DNA of 61,393 nt, the filler included, from Candidatus Woesearchaeota archaeon CG1_02_57_44 (lineage in GTDB: Archaea; Nanobdellota; Nanobdellia; Woesearchaeales; CG1-02-57-44): assembly GCA_001871415.1 (NCBI GenBank). It is 4 parts of 4 records of this genome, joined end to end, with 100 filler letters (N's around TTAATTAATTAA, not from the genome) between each part and the next. Parts side by side here need not be neighbours in the genome. Positions count along the whole stretch, not along the records: positions 18,614 to 40,109 come from MNWW01000057.1; 3 more parts are not named here. One strand, 5' to 3'. The position numbers and the translations under genes were made by a program. Each line of letters starts with the position of its first letter. Position 1 is the first letter of the stretch. Shown piece by piece: positions 29,338 to 38,730 of this stretch. A model generated the notes under the pieces. That model searched no databases. It was not told the origin of the DNA and was given only the letters and a program-made list of their open reading frames with translations.

Positions 29338-29598
29338 ATGCCAGCGTCGCGTAGGCAGGGCAGTTTATTCTACGTAGGGTTGCTCTTCATCATGGTGCTT
29401 TGCGTCATCGGATATTTCGCAGGAGCCGCGGCATTCACAGGATTTGCCGTCAAAGTGAACGACATGTTCGACCCCACGGTCTTCAACGCAGTGGACCAAT
29501 ACCTCAACGAGACCAACACCACACAGTGCCAAAATTGCACTATGCGCGACACCCTGCGCGACTATAAGAATTCTGACACGGCTGACTGGCTATCCTGA
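29338..29598 (+). CDS. Small membrane/secreted protein
   Basis: Hydrophobic N-terminus ending FTGFAV; CQNC; TTAATATA box upstream. Confidence 0.55.
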   Translation: MPASRRQGSLFYVGLLFIMVLCVIGYFAGAAAFTGFAVKVNDMFDPTVFNAVDQYLNETNTTQCQNCTMRDTLRDYKNSDTADWLS

Positions 29599-29703
29599 CA
29601 GAAGAACACCTCAGCAGCGATGTCCGAAATTTGACACAACCGTCATTTTTTGTCATGATGCCGCCGACACCCTTATAAATCCCCCGGAAGGCACTACTGC
29701 ATC

Positions 29704-30915
29704 ATGAAAGCCATCATCGCGTATTCAGGAGGCCTGGACACCAGCTACTGCGTCTTGTGGTTACTGGACCAGGGATATGAAGTCTACACGCTCACTGTGG
29801 ATACCGGAGGATTCACGCAGGAGGAGCTCACACAGATAGCGACCAAAGCAAAAGAGCTTGGCGCCTCAGAGCATCGCACCGTTGACGGCAAGCCGGAAAC
29901 ATATAAAGAGTTCGCGGCCTATGTCATCAAGGGCAATATCCTGCGAGGGGGAGTTTATCCCTTGTGCGTCGGCGCAGAGCGCATGGTACAGGCGCGTCAC
30001 GCAGCGCTGTACGCAAAAGAGATAGGCGCGCAGGCAGTCTGCCATGGTTCGACAGGAGCAGGCAATGACCAGGTGCGCTTTGACGTCGCGCTCATGGCGC
30101 TCGCGCCTGAGGTGAAGATAATCGCCCCCATCCGCGAGCTGGAGATAAGCCGCGACGCTGAGCTGGCCTATCTGAAAGAGAAGGGTTTTGATTTCCCAGC
30201 GAAGAAAAAGACTTACAGCATTAATCAGGGCATTCTGGGAACGACCATCGGCGGCGGCGAGACCCATGACCCCTGGCAGAGCGTACCCGACAGCGCGTAT
30301 CCGGCGACCGTGCCTGCGGCAAAGGCTCCGGACCAGAAACTCACATTGACAATCACCTTTGAGCATGGCCTCCCTGTCGCGCTCGACGGCAAAGCACCAT
30401 CCACCGAGGGAGCGGCGCTGCCAGGCCAGCACATCCTTCAGGAGCTCAACACCCTGGGCGCAAAGCACGGCGTCGGCCGCGGCATCCACCTGGGAGATAC
30501 CATCCTGGGAATCAAAGGCCGTATCGCTTTTGAGGCACCGGGGGCGACCATCCTGATAAACGCGCACCGTGAGTTGGAAAAACTCGTCCAAAGCAAGCGC
30601 CAGCAGGCGATGAAGCAGACGATAGCTGACGAGTATGGCCGGCTTCTGCACGAAGGCCTGTGGCTCGATCCGGTGATGCGCGACCTGGAGGCGGCGATGG
30701 ACAAGAGCCAAGAGCGCGTGTCCGGCGAGGTTCGCGTCTCCTTGTTCAAAGGGGCTATCACTGTCGAAGGCGTCAAGAGCCCGCATTCGCTCATGGACGC
30801 GAAAGCGACCTACGGCGAGGGCAGCAAGCTCTGGAACGGCAAAGATGCCGAGGGGTTCTGCAAGATATACGGCATACAAAGCAAACTGGCGATGCACCAT
30901 GCGAATAACACCTGA
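29704..30915 (+). CDS. argG: Argininosuccinate synthase
   Basis: AYSGGLDTS, HGSTGAGNDQVRF and GIKGRIAFEAP motifs; TTATAAAT box upstream. Confidence 0.95.
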   Translation: MKAIIAYSGGLDTSYCVLWLLDQGYEVYTLTVDTGGFTQEELTQIATKAKELGASEHRTVDGKPETYKEFAAYVIKGNILRGGVYPLCVGAERMVQARHAALYAKEIGAQAVCHGSTGAGNDQVRFDVALMALAPEVKIIAPIRELEISRDAELAYLKEKGFDFPAKKKTYSINQGILGTTIGGGETHDPWQSVPDSAYPATVPAAKAPDQKLTLTITFEHGLPVALDGKAPSTEGAALPGQHILQELNTLGAKHGVGRGIHLGDTILGIKGRIAFEAPGATILINAHRELEKLVQSKRQQAMKQTIADEYGRLLHEGLWLDPVMRDLEAAMDKSQERVSGEVRVSLFKGAITVEGVKSPHSLMDAKATYGEGSKLWNGKDAEGFCKIYGIQSKLAMHHANNT

Positions 30916-31978
30916 TAAGATTGCCTCGAGCACGCGTAACGCGAATCTGTCGAGCGAGTTGGAGCTCTCGGACAAGATCATCTGCAAGCAAGGCTATGTC
31001 ATAGCCGGCAAGATCCTGAATGATAAGAGCACCTACAACACGTTGGAGCTGCCCAGCGGACGTCAGAGCCGTGTGTGCAAGAATGACATCGTGGTAGGCG
31101 TGCTCGGCGCGCGAAACGCGCTGCGCGGCTATTCTGGGGTGGTGCCCGACACCCTCAAAGCAGGCGATGTCATCCAGGTGCTCAATCTGGGTGGCGTCAT
31201 GGGAAAGTTCACTTCCGGCAACCCAGCAATAGGATCGCCGTTCAACATCGAGGTGCTCGGCAGCGTGCTCTCCTTTCCGGATTTCACCGAGCGCATAGGC
31301 CATCCAGCGCACGTGCTCGATGGCACCGTGAAGCCACAGGACAGCCTGGGCAAGACACCACCGCTGGTCATCGTCACCGGAACCAGCATGCAAGCCGGAA
31401 AGACGACCGCCGCGTGTGAGATCGTCAAGCAGCTGACGCATCAGGGTCTCAAGATAAATGCCGCGAAGCTGACCGGCATCAGTCTGATGCGTGACATGCT
31501 CGAGATGAAGGACGTCGGAGCCAAACGGGTCGTGGACTTCACCGACGCAGGCATTGTATGCACCAACCCGGACAATGTAGTGCATGTCGCAAAAGGAATC
31601 GTCACCACGCTGGCCAAGGACGAGCCCGATTGCATTGTCCTGGAGTTCGGCGATGGCATCATGGGCCAGTATGGCGTCATGCAGCTGCTGCTGGACAAAG
31701 AGCTTATGTCCAATGTCAAAGCCCACATCCTGGCAGCTAACGACCAGGTGGGCGCGTGGGGCGCGGTGAAGTATCTGGAAGGAAAGTGCCCGGCAATTGA
31801 CGCCATAACAGGTCCTGCGACCGACAACACCGTAGGCACATCATTTGTGACAACCCTCGGCGTGCAGGCCGCCAACGCGATGATGCAAGGCGAGCTGCTT
31901 GGTAAGATTGCTGCAAGAAAACTCGGACTCACAATAAAGGTCATCCCGAGCACCACAAACAAAGGTGTAGCCCAATGA
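30899..31978 (+). CDS. Uncharacterised P-loop protein (DUF1611-like) inside the arg operon
   Basis: GTSMQAGKTT, AAKLTG, DFTDAG and VLEFGDG motifs; overlaps both argG and argC. Confidence 0.75.
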   Translation: MRITPDKIASSTRNANLSSELELSDKIICKQGYVIAGKILNDKSTYNTLELPSGRQSRVCKNDIVVGVLGARNALRGYSGVVPDTLKAGDVIQVLNLGGVMGKFTSGNPAIGSPFNIEVLGSVLSFPDFTERIGHPAHVLDGTVKPQDSLGKTPPLVIVTGTSMQAGKTTAACEIVKQLTHQGLKINAAKLTGISLMRDMLEMKDVGAKRVVDFTDAGIVCTNPDNVVHVAKGIVTTLAKDEPDCIVLEFGDGIMGQYGVMQLLLDKELMSNVKAHILAANDQVGAWGAVKYLEGKCPAIDAITGPATDNTVGTSFVTTLGVQAANAMMQGELLGKIAARKLGLTIKVIPSTTNKGVAQ

Positions 31979-33030
31979 GCCAGAGCAATCCAGTGAAGAT
32001 CGGCATCATCGGCGGCTCTGGCTATGTGGGAAAGGAACTCCTACGCATCTTGCTGCAGCATCCTGGTGTCGAGATAGCGGCAGTGAGCAGCCGAAGCAGC
32101 GCAGGAAAATCAATTGCCGACGTCCATCGCTCACTGGCAGGGCTCACTACCCTCACCTTCACGGGCGACATCAAGGCCATGGCGAACCTGGACCTCGTCT
32201 TTGTCGCAGTCAGCCATGGAGATTCCATGGCCATGGTCAAGGAGCTCCACGATACGAATCCAAAGCTCAAGATAATCGACTTGGGCGCTGACTTTCGCCT
32301 CACGCCAGAACGGTTCGAACAGACATACAAGCAGCAACACTGCTGCCCTGATATCAAAGCAGTGCCTGGCCTGCCCGAGCTCAATGCGGAAGCGATAAAG
32401 CATGCGACCATCGTCGCGAACCCCGGCTGCTTCGCCAACACCGCCATCCTGGGATTGGCGCCCATAGCCGCGCACATCCTGCCCACGGTGCAGGTCACAG
32501 CCATAACGGGCAGTTCCGGATCCGGCGCTCAGCCAAAGCAGGCAACGCATCATCCAGAGCGCGACGGCAATGTGGCAGCGTACATGATTCTGTCGCATCG
32601 CCATGTCCCTGAGATAGAGCAGGCGCTCAACGACGTAGTGCAATCTGTGCCACAGTCCCCTGACAGCCAACCGCAGCCCTTCGCCATCCAATTGGTCCCC
32701 CAGTCAGGACCCTATGCCCGCGGCATCCTCGCCACTTGCTTTGCCACGCTCAAGGACCCCTCAGTGGACGCCAAGAAGCTATACCAGGAGTGGGCTGATC
32801 CGACAACGCGCCCGTTCGTGCGCATCCGCGACGATTCGCCAAAGCTCAGCGATGTGCGCGGCTCCAACTTCATAGACATCGCCGTGCACCAGCAAGGCAA
32901 CACCGTGGTGATACTGTCAGCACTTGACAACATGGTCAAGGGAGCCGCAGGCAACGCCGTGCAGTGCATGAACCTGATGCTGAAGCTGCCAGAGACGACC
33001 GGTCTGCTGCAGGCGCCGCTTTCGCCCTGA
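31975..33030 (+). CDS. argC: N-acylglutamyl-phosphate reductase
   Basis: GGSGYVG, IDLGADFRL, VANPGCF, GSSGSG and DNMVKGAAGNAVQ motifs. Confidence 0.94.
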   Translation: MSQSNPVKIGIIGGSGYVGKELLRILLQHPGVEIAAVSSRSSAGKSIADVHRSLAGLTTLTFTGDIKAMANLDLVFVAVSHGDSMAMVKELHDTNPKLKIIDLGADFRLTPERFEQTYKQQHCCPDIKAVPGLPELNAEAIKHATIVANPGCFANTAILGLAPIAAHILPTVQVTAITGSSGSGAQPKQATHHPERDGNVAAYMILSHRHVPEIEQALNDVVQSVPQSPDSQPQPFAIQLVPQSGPYARGILATCFATLKDPSVDAKKLYQEWADPTTRPFVRIRDDSPKLSDVRGSNFIDIAVHQQGNTVVILSALDNMVKGAAGNAVQCMNLMLKLPETTGLLQAPLSP

Positions 33031-33135
33031 TATCACGATAGACATCAGACCGCATCAAGCAGGAACATGAGACGCTGTCCAACGCACGAATCAGAACCCA
33101 TCGTAAGACATCCAGAACCCCATGAGCTGATACCC

Positions 33136-34380
33136 ATGCCAGGAACAAACGAGCAGAAACCATCATCCGCCACACAGGACATCATGTCCATGGAGGACGA
33201 GCACCAGCTGTACACCTACAGCAAGTACCCTATCGCTATAGAGAAAGGCGAAGGAGCATTCGTCTATGACATAGACAGCAACCGCTACCTTGATTTCTAC
33301 GGCGGCCACGCAGTCGCATTAACGGGCCATTGCCATCCCAAGGTCGTGCATGCCATCCAGAACCAGGCAGCGACACTCATCTTCTATAGCAACGCGGTCT
33401 ACAACAGCACGCGGGCCAAAGCCGCTGAAGCGCTCGTGAAGCTCACACCAGAAGGTATCACCAAGGTATTCTTCTGCAACTCCGGCGCTGAGGCGAATGA
33501 GACAGCTATCAAGGCCGCGCGCCTGCATACCGGACGCACACAGATAATCGCCATGAAAGAGGGATTCCATGGACGAACCTACGGATCTATGAGCGCGACC
33601 GGCATTGACAAATATCGCATCTTCCCGCCATTGGTGCCCGGTATAGATTTCGCGGAGTTCGGCAGCCTGGAATCCATCAAAGCGCTCGCGTCACAAGAGA
33701 CCGCGGCGATCATCCTTGAGCCTATCCAGAGCATGGCAGGCGTCCGTGTCGCGGCGAAGGAGTATTTTATCGCATTGCGAAATCTCTGCGACGAGCTGGG
33801 CATCCTGCTCATCTTCGATGAAGTGCAGACCGGCATGGGCCGCACTGGCGCGCCCTTCTACAGCACGCTCATCGGCGTGACGCCTGATATCATCACAAGC
33901 GCGAAAGGCATCGCGTCGGGAGTCCCCATGGGCGCATGCTTCCTGCAGGAGAAGATAGCAGCAGGCATCAAGCCAGGCCAGCAGGGCTCGACCTTCGGCG
34001 GCGGACCGCTCGCGTGCGCAGCTGCGCTTGCCACTGCAGAGCTGTTGCAAGAGCAGCGTCTGCCAGAGAACGCCGCGGCGATGGGAGACTACTTGATGCG
34101 AAAGCTCGTCAGCATGCCACACGTCAAGGACGTGCGCGGGCAGGGGCTGCTCATCGGCATAGAGTTCGGCCAGGACGCGAAACCATTGGTCAAGCAGCTG
34201 CTCAAGCACCAGGTGCTGGTGAGCGGCTCCGAGGATCCCAAGACCATCCGCCTACTGCCTCCGCTGGTCATCAGCCAGGAGCACGCGGATATCTTCCTCG
34301 CGGCGCTCAAGAGCGCGACAGACGAAGTCTTTGGAGCGAAGGATACAGTAAAGCAATCCACTGCAGGTGATGCGCAATGA
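33136..34380 (+). CDS. argD: Acetyl/succinylornithine aminotransferase
   Basis: NSGAEANE, FHGRT, DEVQTGMGRTG, SAKGIASG and STFGG motifs; start uncertain. Confidence 0.92.
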   Translation: MPGTNEQKPSSATQDIMSMEDEHQLYTYSKYPIAIEKGEGAFVYDIDSNRYLDFYGGHAVALTGHCHPKVVHAIQNQAATLIFYSNAVYNSTRAKAAEALVKLTPEGITKVFFCNSGAEANETAIKAARLHTGRTQIIAMKEGFHGRTYGSMSATGIDKYRIFPPLVPGIDFAEFGSLESIKALASQETAAIILEPIQSMAGVRVAAKEYFIALRNLCDELGILLIFDEVQTGMGRTGAPFYSTLIGVTPDIITSAKGIASGVPMGACFLQEKIAAGIKPGQQGSTFGGGPLACAAALATAELLQEQRLPENAAAMGDYLMRKLVSMPHVKDVRGQGLLIGIEFGQDAKPLVKQLLKHQVLVSGSEDPKTIRLLPPLVISQEHADIFLAALKSATDEVFGAKDTVKQSTAGDAQ

Positions 34381-35381
34381 ATTTCATCAGCACTGCCGAC
34401 GTGACCGGTAAGGAACTGGCAAGCATCCTGTCAGCAGCCACGCTGGGCAAGAAGCAGGGATGGAAACCCAAGCTCAAGGGCAAGACCGTCGGCCTCCTGT
34501 TCTTCAACCCCTCATTGCGGACACGCACATCGTTTCAGGCAGGGCTCATAAAACTGGGCTCAGTTCCGATTGCCCTGAGCGCGACGGATTCCTGGGCATT
34601 AGAGCTCATCGACGGCTCCATCATGGACGGCAGCACAGCTGAGCATGTCAAGGATGCGGCGCGGGTGCTCTCGACCTACCTGGATGCCATCTGTATCCGC
34701 TCGTTTCCTGGCATGAAGGACTGGGACGACGACAAGAAGGACGCGCTCATCCAGGGATTCGCCAAGCATGCCACGGTCCCGGTCATCAACATGGAGTCCT
34801 GCCTATGGCACCCATGCCAGGCGCTAGCGGACGCGCTCACCATGCAAGAGGTGCTGGGAAAGACTAAGGGTAAGACCTTTGTGCTGAGCTGGGCGAATCA
34901 TCCGCGACAATTGCCCATGGCAGTCCCCAATTCAGCGCTACTTATCGCAGCACAGATGGGCATGAACGTGCGACTCGCCTGCCCCAAGGGCTATGAGCTG
35001 GATAGTGATATCCTCAACCAGGTGAAGCAGACCGCGGTGAAGCAGGGAGGTTCATTCAGCACCCATAATGATCAGGCAGAAGCATTCAAGGGCGCGCAGA
35101 TAATCTACGCCAAGTCCTGGACCCCTCCGGTGCTGGTGGGCAAACCCGACGAAGACACTAAGCTCCGCAAGAAATTGTCCTGGACCATCACCAAGGAGAA
35201 GATGGCAATGACCAATAACGCTGCCTTCATGCACTGCCTGCCCGTGCGGCGAAATGTAGTGGTGACCGACGAGGTCCTGGACAGCAAGCAATCGGTCATC
35301 ATCCAGCAGGCCGAGAACCGCATGCACTCTCAGAATGCGCTGCTCCTCAAACTGCTGGGAGGCAAGAGCAAAAGCAAGTGA
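34377..35381 (+). CDS. argF': N-acyl-ornithine carbamoyltransferase (AOTCase/SOTCase type)
   Basis: FNPSLRTR, W.LE..DG.IMDG...EH insertion, HPCQ, HPRQLPMAVPNS, YAKSW and HCLPVRRN motifs. Confidence 0.92.
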   Translation: MNFISTADVTGKELASILSAATLGKKQGWKPKLKGKTVGLLFFNPSLRTRTSFQAGLIKLGSVPIALSATDSWALELIDGSIMDGSTAEHVKDAARVLSTYLDAICIRSFPGMKDWDDDKKDALIQGFAKHATVPVINMESCLWHPCQALADALTMQEVLGKTKGKTFVLSWANHPRQLPMAVPNSALLIAAQMGMNVRLACPKGYELDSDILNQVKQTAVKQGGSFSTHNDQAEAFKGAQIIYAKSWTPPVLVGKPDEDTKLRKKLSWTITKEKMAMTNNAAFMHCLPVRRNVVVTDEVLDSKQSVIIQQAENRMHSQNALLLKLLGGKSKSK

Positions 35382-35391
35382 GGTAACAACC

Positions 35392-36300
35392 ATGAACCGC
35401 GTCAATAATCTCAAGGAGATCTTACCGTATGTGCGCACCTTCCAGGGCGCCACCTTCGTCATCAAGATAGGCGGCGAAGTGTGCGGCGAGAAGTATCTGG
35501 ACGAGATTGCCCAGCAGCTCTCGCTCCTGCATCACATCGGCATCGCTGTCGTCGTCGTGCATGGAGGCGGTCCGCAGATGGACGCCTGGAGCAAGCGTAT
35601 GGGCATCGAGCGCAAGGTCGTCGCGGGACGGCGCATAACTGACCTGGAGACCCTGCAGGCTACCAAGATGATCTTCGCTGGGCTCATCAGCACTGATCTG
35701 GTGACCGCGTTGCGAAAGCAGGGAGCGCCCGCAGTGGGTCTGACAGGAGCCGACGGCTATCTGCTGACCGCCGAGAGGCGCGCACCCATCGACGTGCAGG
35801 AGAATGGAAAGAAAGTCAAGGTCGATTTCCAGCATGTCGGTGATATCACGAAGGTCAATACAACATTGCTGCTGGGGCTTATCGAACAGGGATTGATCCC
35901 CGTCGTGGCCTCGCTCGGCGCTGACGATGAAGGCAATACCTACAATATCAACGCCGACACCGTTGCCAGCAAGCTGGCCATAGCGCTGCAGGCGGAGAAA
36001 TACATCATCCTCACCGACGTTGCCGGGATATTGCGCAACAAGGATGACGCGAAGACATTGGTATCGTACGCGGATATCGATGCCTTGCAGACGATGCTCG
36101 ACAAGGGCTCCATAACGGATGGTATGCGTCCGAAGGTGACGACGTGCATGGACGCGGTGAAGAACGGCGTGCACCGCACGCACATCATCGACGGCACGCG
36201 CGAAGGGACGCTGCTCCAGGAGCTCTTTGTCAACGAGGGCTGCGGCACGATGATTGTGGACAAGAAAGAGAAGAAAGCATACGAGAAAGAGCTCAAGTGA
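35392..36300 (+). CDS. argB: N-acylglutamate kinase
   Basis: VIKIGG, VHGGGPQ, GRRITD, YNINADT and GMRPKV motifs. Confidence 0.93.
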   Translation: MNRVNNLKEILPYVRTFQGATFVIKIGGEVCGEKYLDEIAQQLSLLHHIGIAVVVVHGGGPQMDAWSKRMGIERKVVAGRRITDLETLQATKMIFAGLISTDLVTALRKQGAPAVGLTGADGYLLTAERRAPIDVQENGKKVKVDFQHVGDITKVNTTLLLGLIEQGLIPVVASLGADDEGNTYNINADTVASKLAIALQAEKYIILTDVAGILRNKDDAKTLVSYADIDALQTMLDKGSITDGMRPKVTTCMDAVKNGVHRTHIIDGTREGTLLQELFVNEGCGTMIVDKKEKKAYEKELK

Positions 36301-36340
36301 ACAGGAAGAAGAGACATAACGAATGCGAAAGGCGCGACCA

Positions 36341-37408
36341 ATGAAACTACTCAAGCAGCTGGTGGGGATCAAATCCCTCAGTGGCCATGAAGGCCCGATG
36401 GCGGATGAGGTAGAGTCATTCCTGAAGTTGCGGGGATTTTCACCCAAGCGCTGGAAGAACAACGTCTGGGCCATCAAGCAGGGCGCCATAAGTAATGCGG
36501 TCAAGGTCAAAGGAACCGACAACACACACAAGGCAAACGCAATACAATCCAAGACCATACTGTTCTGCTCGCATCTTGATACGGTCGAGACAGGCGCACC
36601 TGCCAAAGCGATGGCCAATGGAAAAATGCTCAGCGGCCTTGGCGCCGTTGACGCGAAGGCGAGCGTCGCCGCCATGCTGGAAGCGTTCATCGTAGCAAAG
36701 CCGAAGCCAGGAACAAACATCCTCATCGCGCTCACCCAGGAAGAAGAGACAGGTGGGAAAGGCATGCCCGTCATGGCAGCCAAGCTACCCGCGCATGCCG
36801 CTGCCATCGTGGGAGAGCCCACCAAAATGCAGCCATGCATCGCGCAGAAAGGCCTGCTCATCGCCAAGCTTACCGTCGCAGGCAAGACAGCGCACGCTTC
36901 GCGCCCGCAGCAGGGCAAGAACGCCATCATGCTGCTGGCAGAAGACATTTTACGTCTGCAAAAGCTTGCGTCTGGCAAGCTACCAAGCCACCCGCTGCTC
37001 GGCAAAGTCACCATCACACCCACGATGATGACGGGCGGCAGCGCGCGCAATGTGGTGCCTGCGCACGCCGAGGCGATTCTTGATATCCGCACCATACCCG
37101 GAGCGCATCAGGAGATTCTGACGTTGCTGAATAAGACCGTCAAGAGCACTATCACACCGCTGAGCATCCGCTTGGTGCCAAAGGCGACAGCCAAGACAGC
37201 AAACATCGCGAAGCTTGCGGCGAAGGCATCAGGCAAGAGATTCATCAGCAGTACAGGCATGAGCGACTGGGCGTTCCTCTCTTGTCCTGCGGTGAAGATA
37301 GGTCCAGGCGATCCCACGCTCTCGCATACCAAGCAAGAGCGCATCAGCGAAACCGAATATAAGAAAGCAGTCAAAGTCTATACCGCCATCATGGAGGAAT
37401 ACACATGA
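36341..37408 (+). CDS. argE: M20-family deacylase (ArgE-like, probably acyl-citrulline deacylase)
   Basis: SHLDTV, GLGAVDAK, EEETGG, VGEPT, GKTAHAS and SHTKQE motifs. Confidence 0.85.
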   Translation: MKLLKQLVGIKSLSGHEGPMADEVESFLKLRGFSPKRWKNNVWAIKQGAISNAVKVKGTDNTHKANAIQSKTILFCSHLDTVETGAPAKAMANGKMLSGLGAVDAKASVAAMLEAFIVAKPKPGTNILIALTQEEETGGKGMPVMAAKLPAHAAAIVGEPTKMQPCIAQKGLLIAKLTVAGKTAHASRPQQGKNAIMLLAEDILRLQKLASGKLPSHPLLGKVTITPTMMTGGSARNVVPAHAEAILDIRTIPGAHQEILTLLNKTVKSTITPLSIRLVPKATAKTANIAKLAAKASGKRFISSTGMSDWAFLSCPAVKIGPGDPTLSHTKQERISETEYKKAVKVYTAIMEEYT

Positions 37409-38730
37409 AGCCTCTCTGGGACAAGGGAAAGAAGCTGGACGCCACGGTGCTGGATTTCACCGCCGGCCAGGACGCTATCCTCGATACGCAGCTCGCCTAT
37501 TACGACGCTATCGCCTCTTGCGCGCATGTCAAGGCGCTGGCGAAAGCCGGACTGCTCAGCAAGCCTGAAGCAAAGACGCTGGTCACCAAACTTGCGGCTA
37601 TCGCAGATAAGGCAGCCGACGGTAAATTCGCCATCGACGCAGAGGATTGCCATTCAGCCATCGAACAGGCCCTGGGCGATATGGGCAAAAAAGTGCACCT
37701 GGGACGCTCGCGCAATGATCAGGCAGCGACAGCCATGCGCCTCTACCTCAAGGACATGCTGCTCGACGCAGGGTCTAAGCAAGCATTGCTCGCAGATATG
37801 TTGCAGTCTATGGCCCTGAAACATAAGGACACTCCTATGCCAGGATACAGCCACACGCGAAAGGCCATGGTCTCCAGTGTCGGGCACTGGCTTGGATCGT
37901 ACGCTGAGCTCTTGTCGCTGACCGTGCCGCGGCTCGGCGTCATCGACCTCTCTCCTTTAGGATCGGCGAGTGGCTTTGGCACTTCTGCCACCGTAGACCG
38001 GACGTTCGAGGCGAAGCTCCTGGGATTTGCCGGCGTGCAGCAAAACGCGCTGGGCTGTCAGGCTGGACGCGTCATGGCCGAGGCGCACGCGTGCCAGCAG
38101 ATGCTCTCGATCATGACAGTGCTCAGCCAACTGGCTGCGGACATCATCTTCTTCTCTGCCGAGGGCATCGGCTATGTGAAGATCAGCCCGGATATCGCGA
38201 CCGGAAGCTCGCTCATGCCAAATAAGCAGAACCCTGATGTCTTTGAGCTGGTGCGCGCGAAAGCGTCATCTGTGCTCGGCCACTGCACTGCGGTACAGTC
38301 CCTTGGTATAGGTATGCTCTCCGGCTATAATCGTGACTATCAGCAGGCAAAAGCGCACGTGATGCAGGCCGCCGCAGAGACGCTGGCAAGCCTGGAGATA
38401 CTGTCCCACGCGATGCGACACATCAGCATCGACGACGATGCATGCCTGAAGGCCTGCACATCAGACATGGCAGCGACGGATGTCGCGATCCAGTTGGCGA
38501 TAAAAGGAGTGCCCTTCCGCGACGCGTATCGTAAGGCCGTGCCCAAGGAAGTAAAGCCCCTGACCAAAACAGATGCATTAAGATTAGTGGATGCCCGAAA
38601 ATCTATCGGCGCGACAGGCAATCCGACCACTATGGCAAAGAACATAAAAACAGCGCAGGATGCGCTACTCACATTCAGTAAGCAATTGGAGGGATGTAGT
38701 TCATGGGATGCGGAACAATCGAAGGCATAA
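37405..38730 (+). CDS. argH: Argininosuccinate lyase
   Basis: HLGRSRNDQ, MPGYSH, TGSSLMPNKQNPD and GVPFRDAY motifs. Confidence 0.94.
   Translation: MKPLWDKGKKLDATVLDFTAGQDAILDTQLAYYDAIASCAHVKALAKAGLLSKPEAKTLVTKLAAIADKAADGKFAIDAEDCHSAIEQALGDMGKKVHLGRSRNDQAATAMRLYLKDMLLDAGSKQALLADMLQSMALKHKDTPMPGYSHTRKAMVSSVGHWLGSYAELLSLTVPRLGVIDLSPLGSASGFGTSATVDRTFEAKLLGFAGVQQNALGCQAGRVMAEAHACQQMLSIMTVLSQLAADIIFFSAEGIGYVKISPDIATGSSLMPNKQNPDVFELVRAKASSVLGHCTAVQSLGIGMLSGYNRDYQQAKAHVMQAAAETLASLEILSHAMRHISIDDDACLKACTSDMAATDVAIQLAIKGVPFRDAYRKAVPKEVKPLTKTDALRLVDARKSIGATGNPTTMAKNIKTAQDALLTFSKQLEGCSSWDAEQSKA

Noticed and set aside
35422..37095. 557-aa minus-strand ORF (likewise 29866-30987, 30791-31726, 44926-45924, 20774-21622)
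   Set aside because: Antisense shadows of well-supported genes in GC-rich DNA, with no recognisable motifs.
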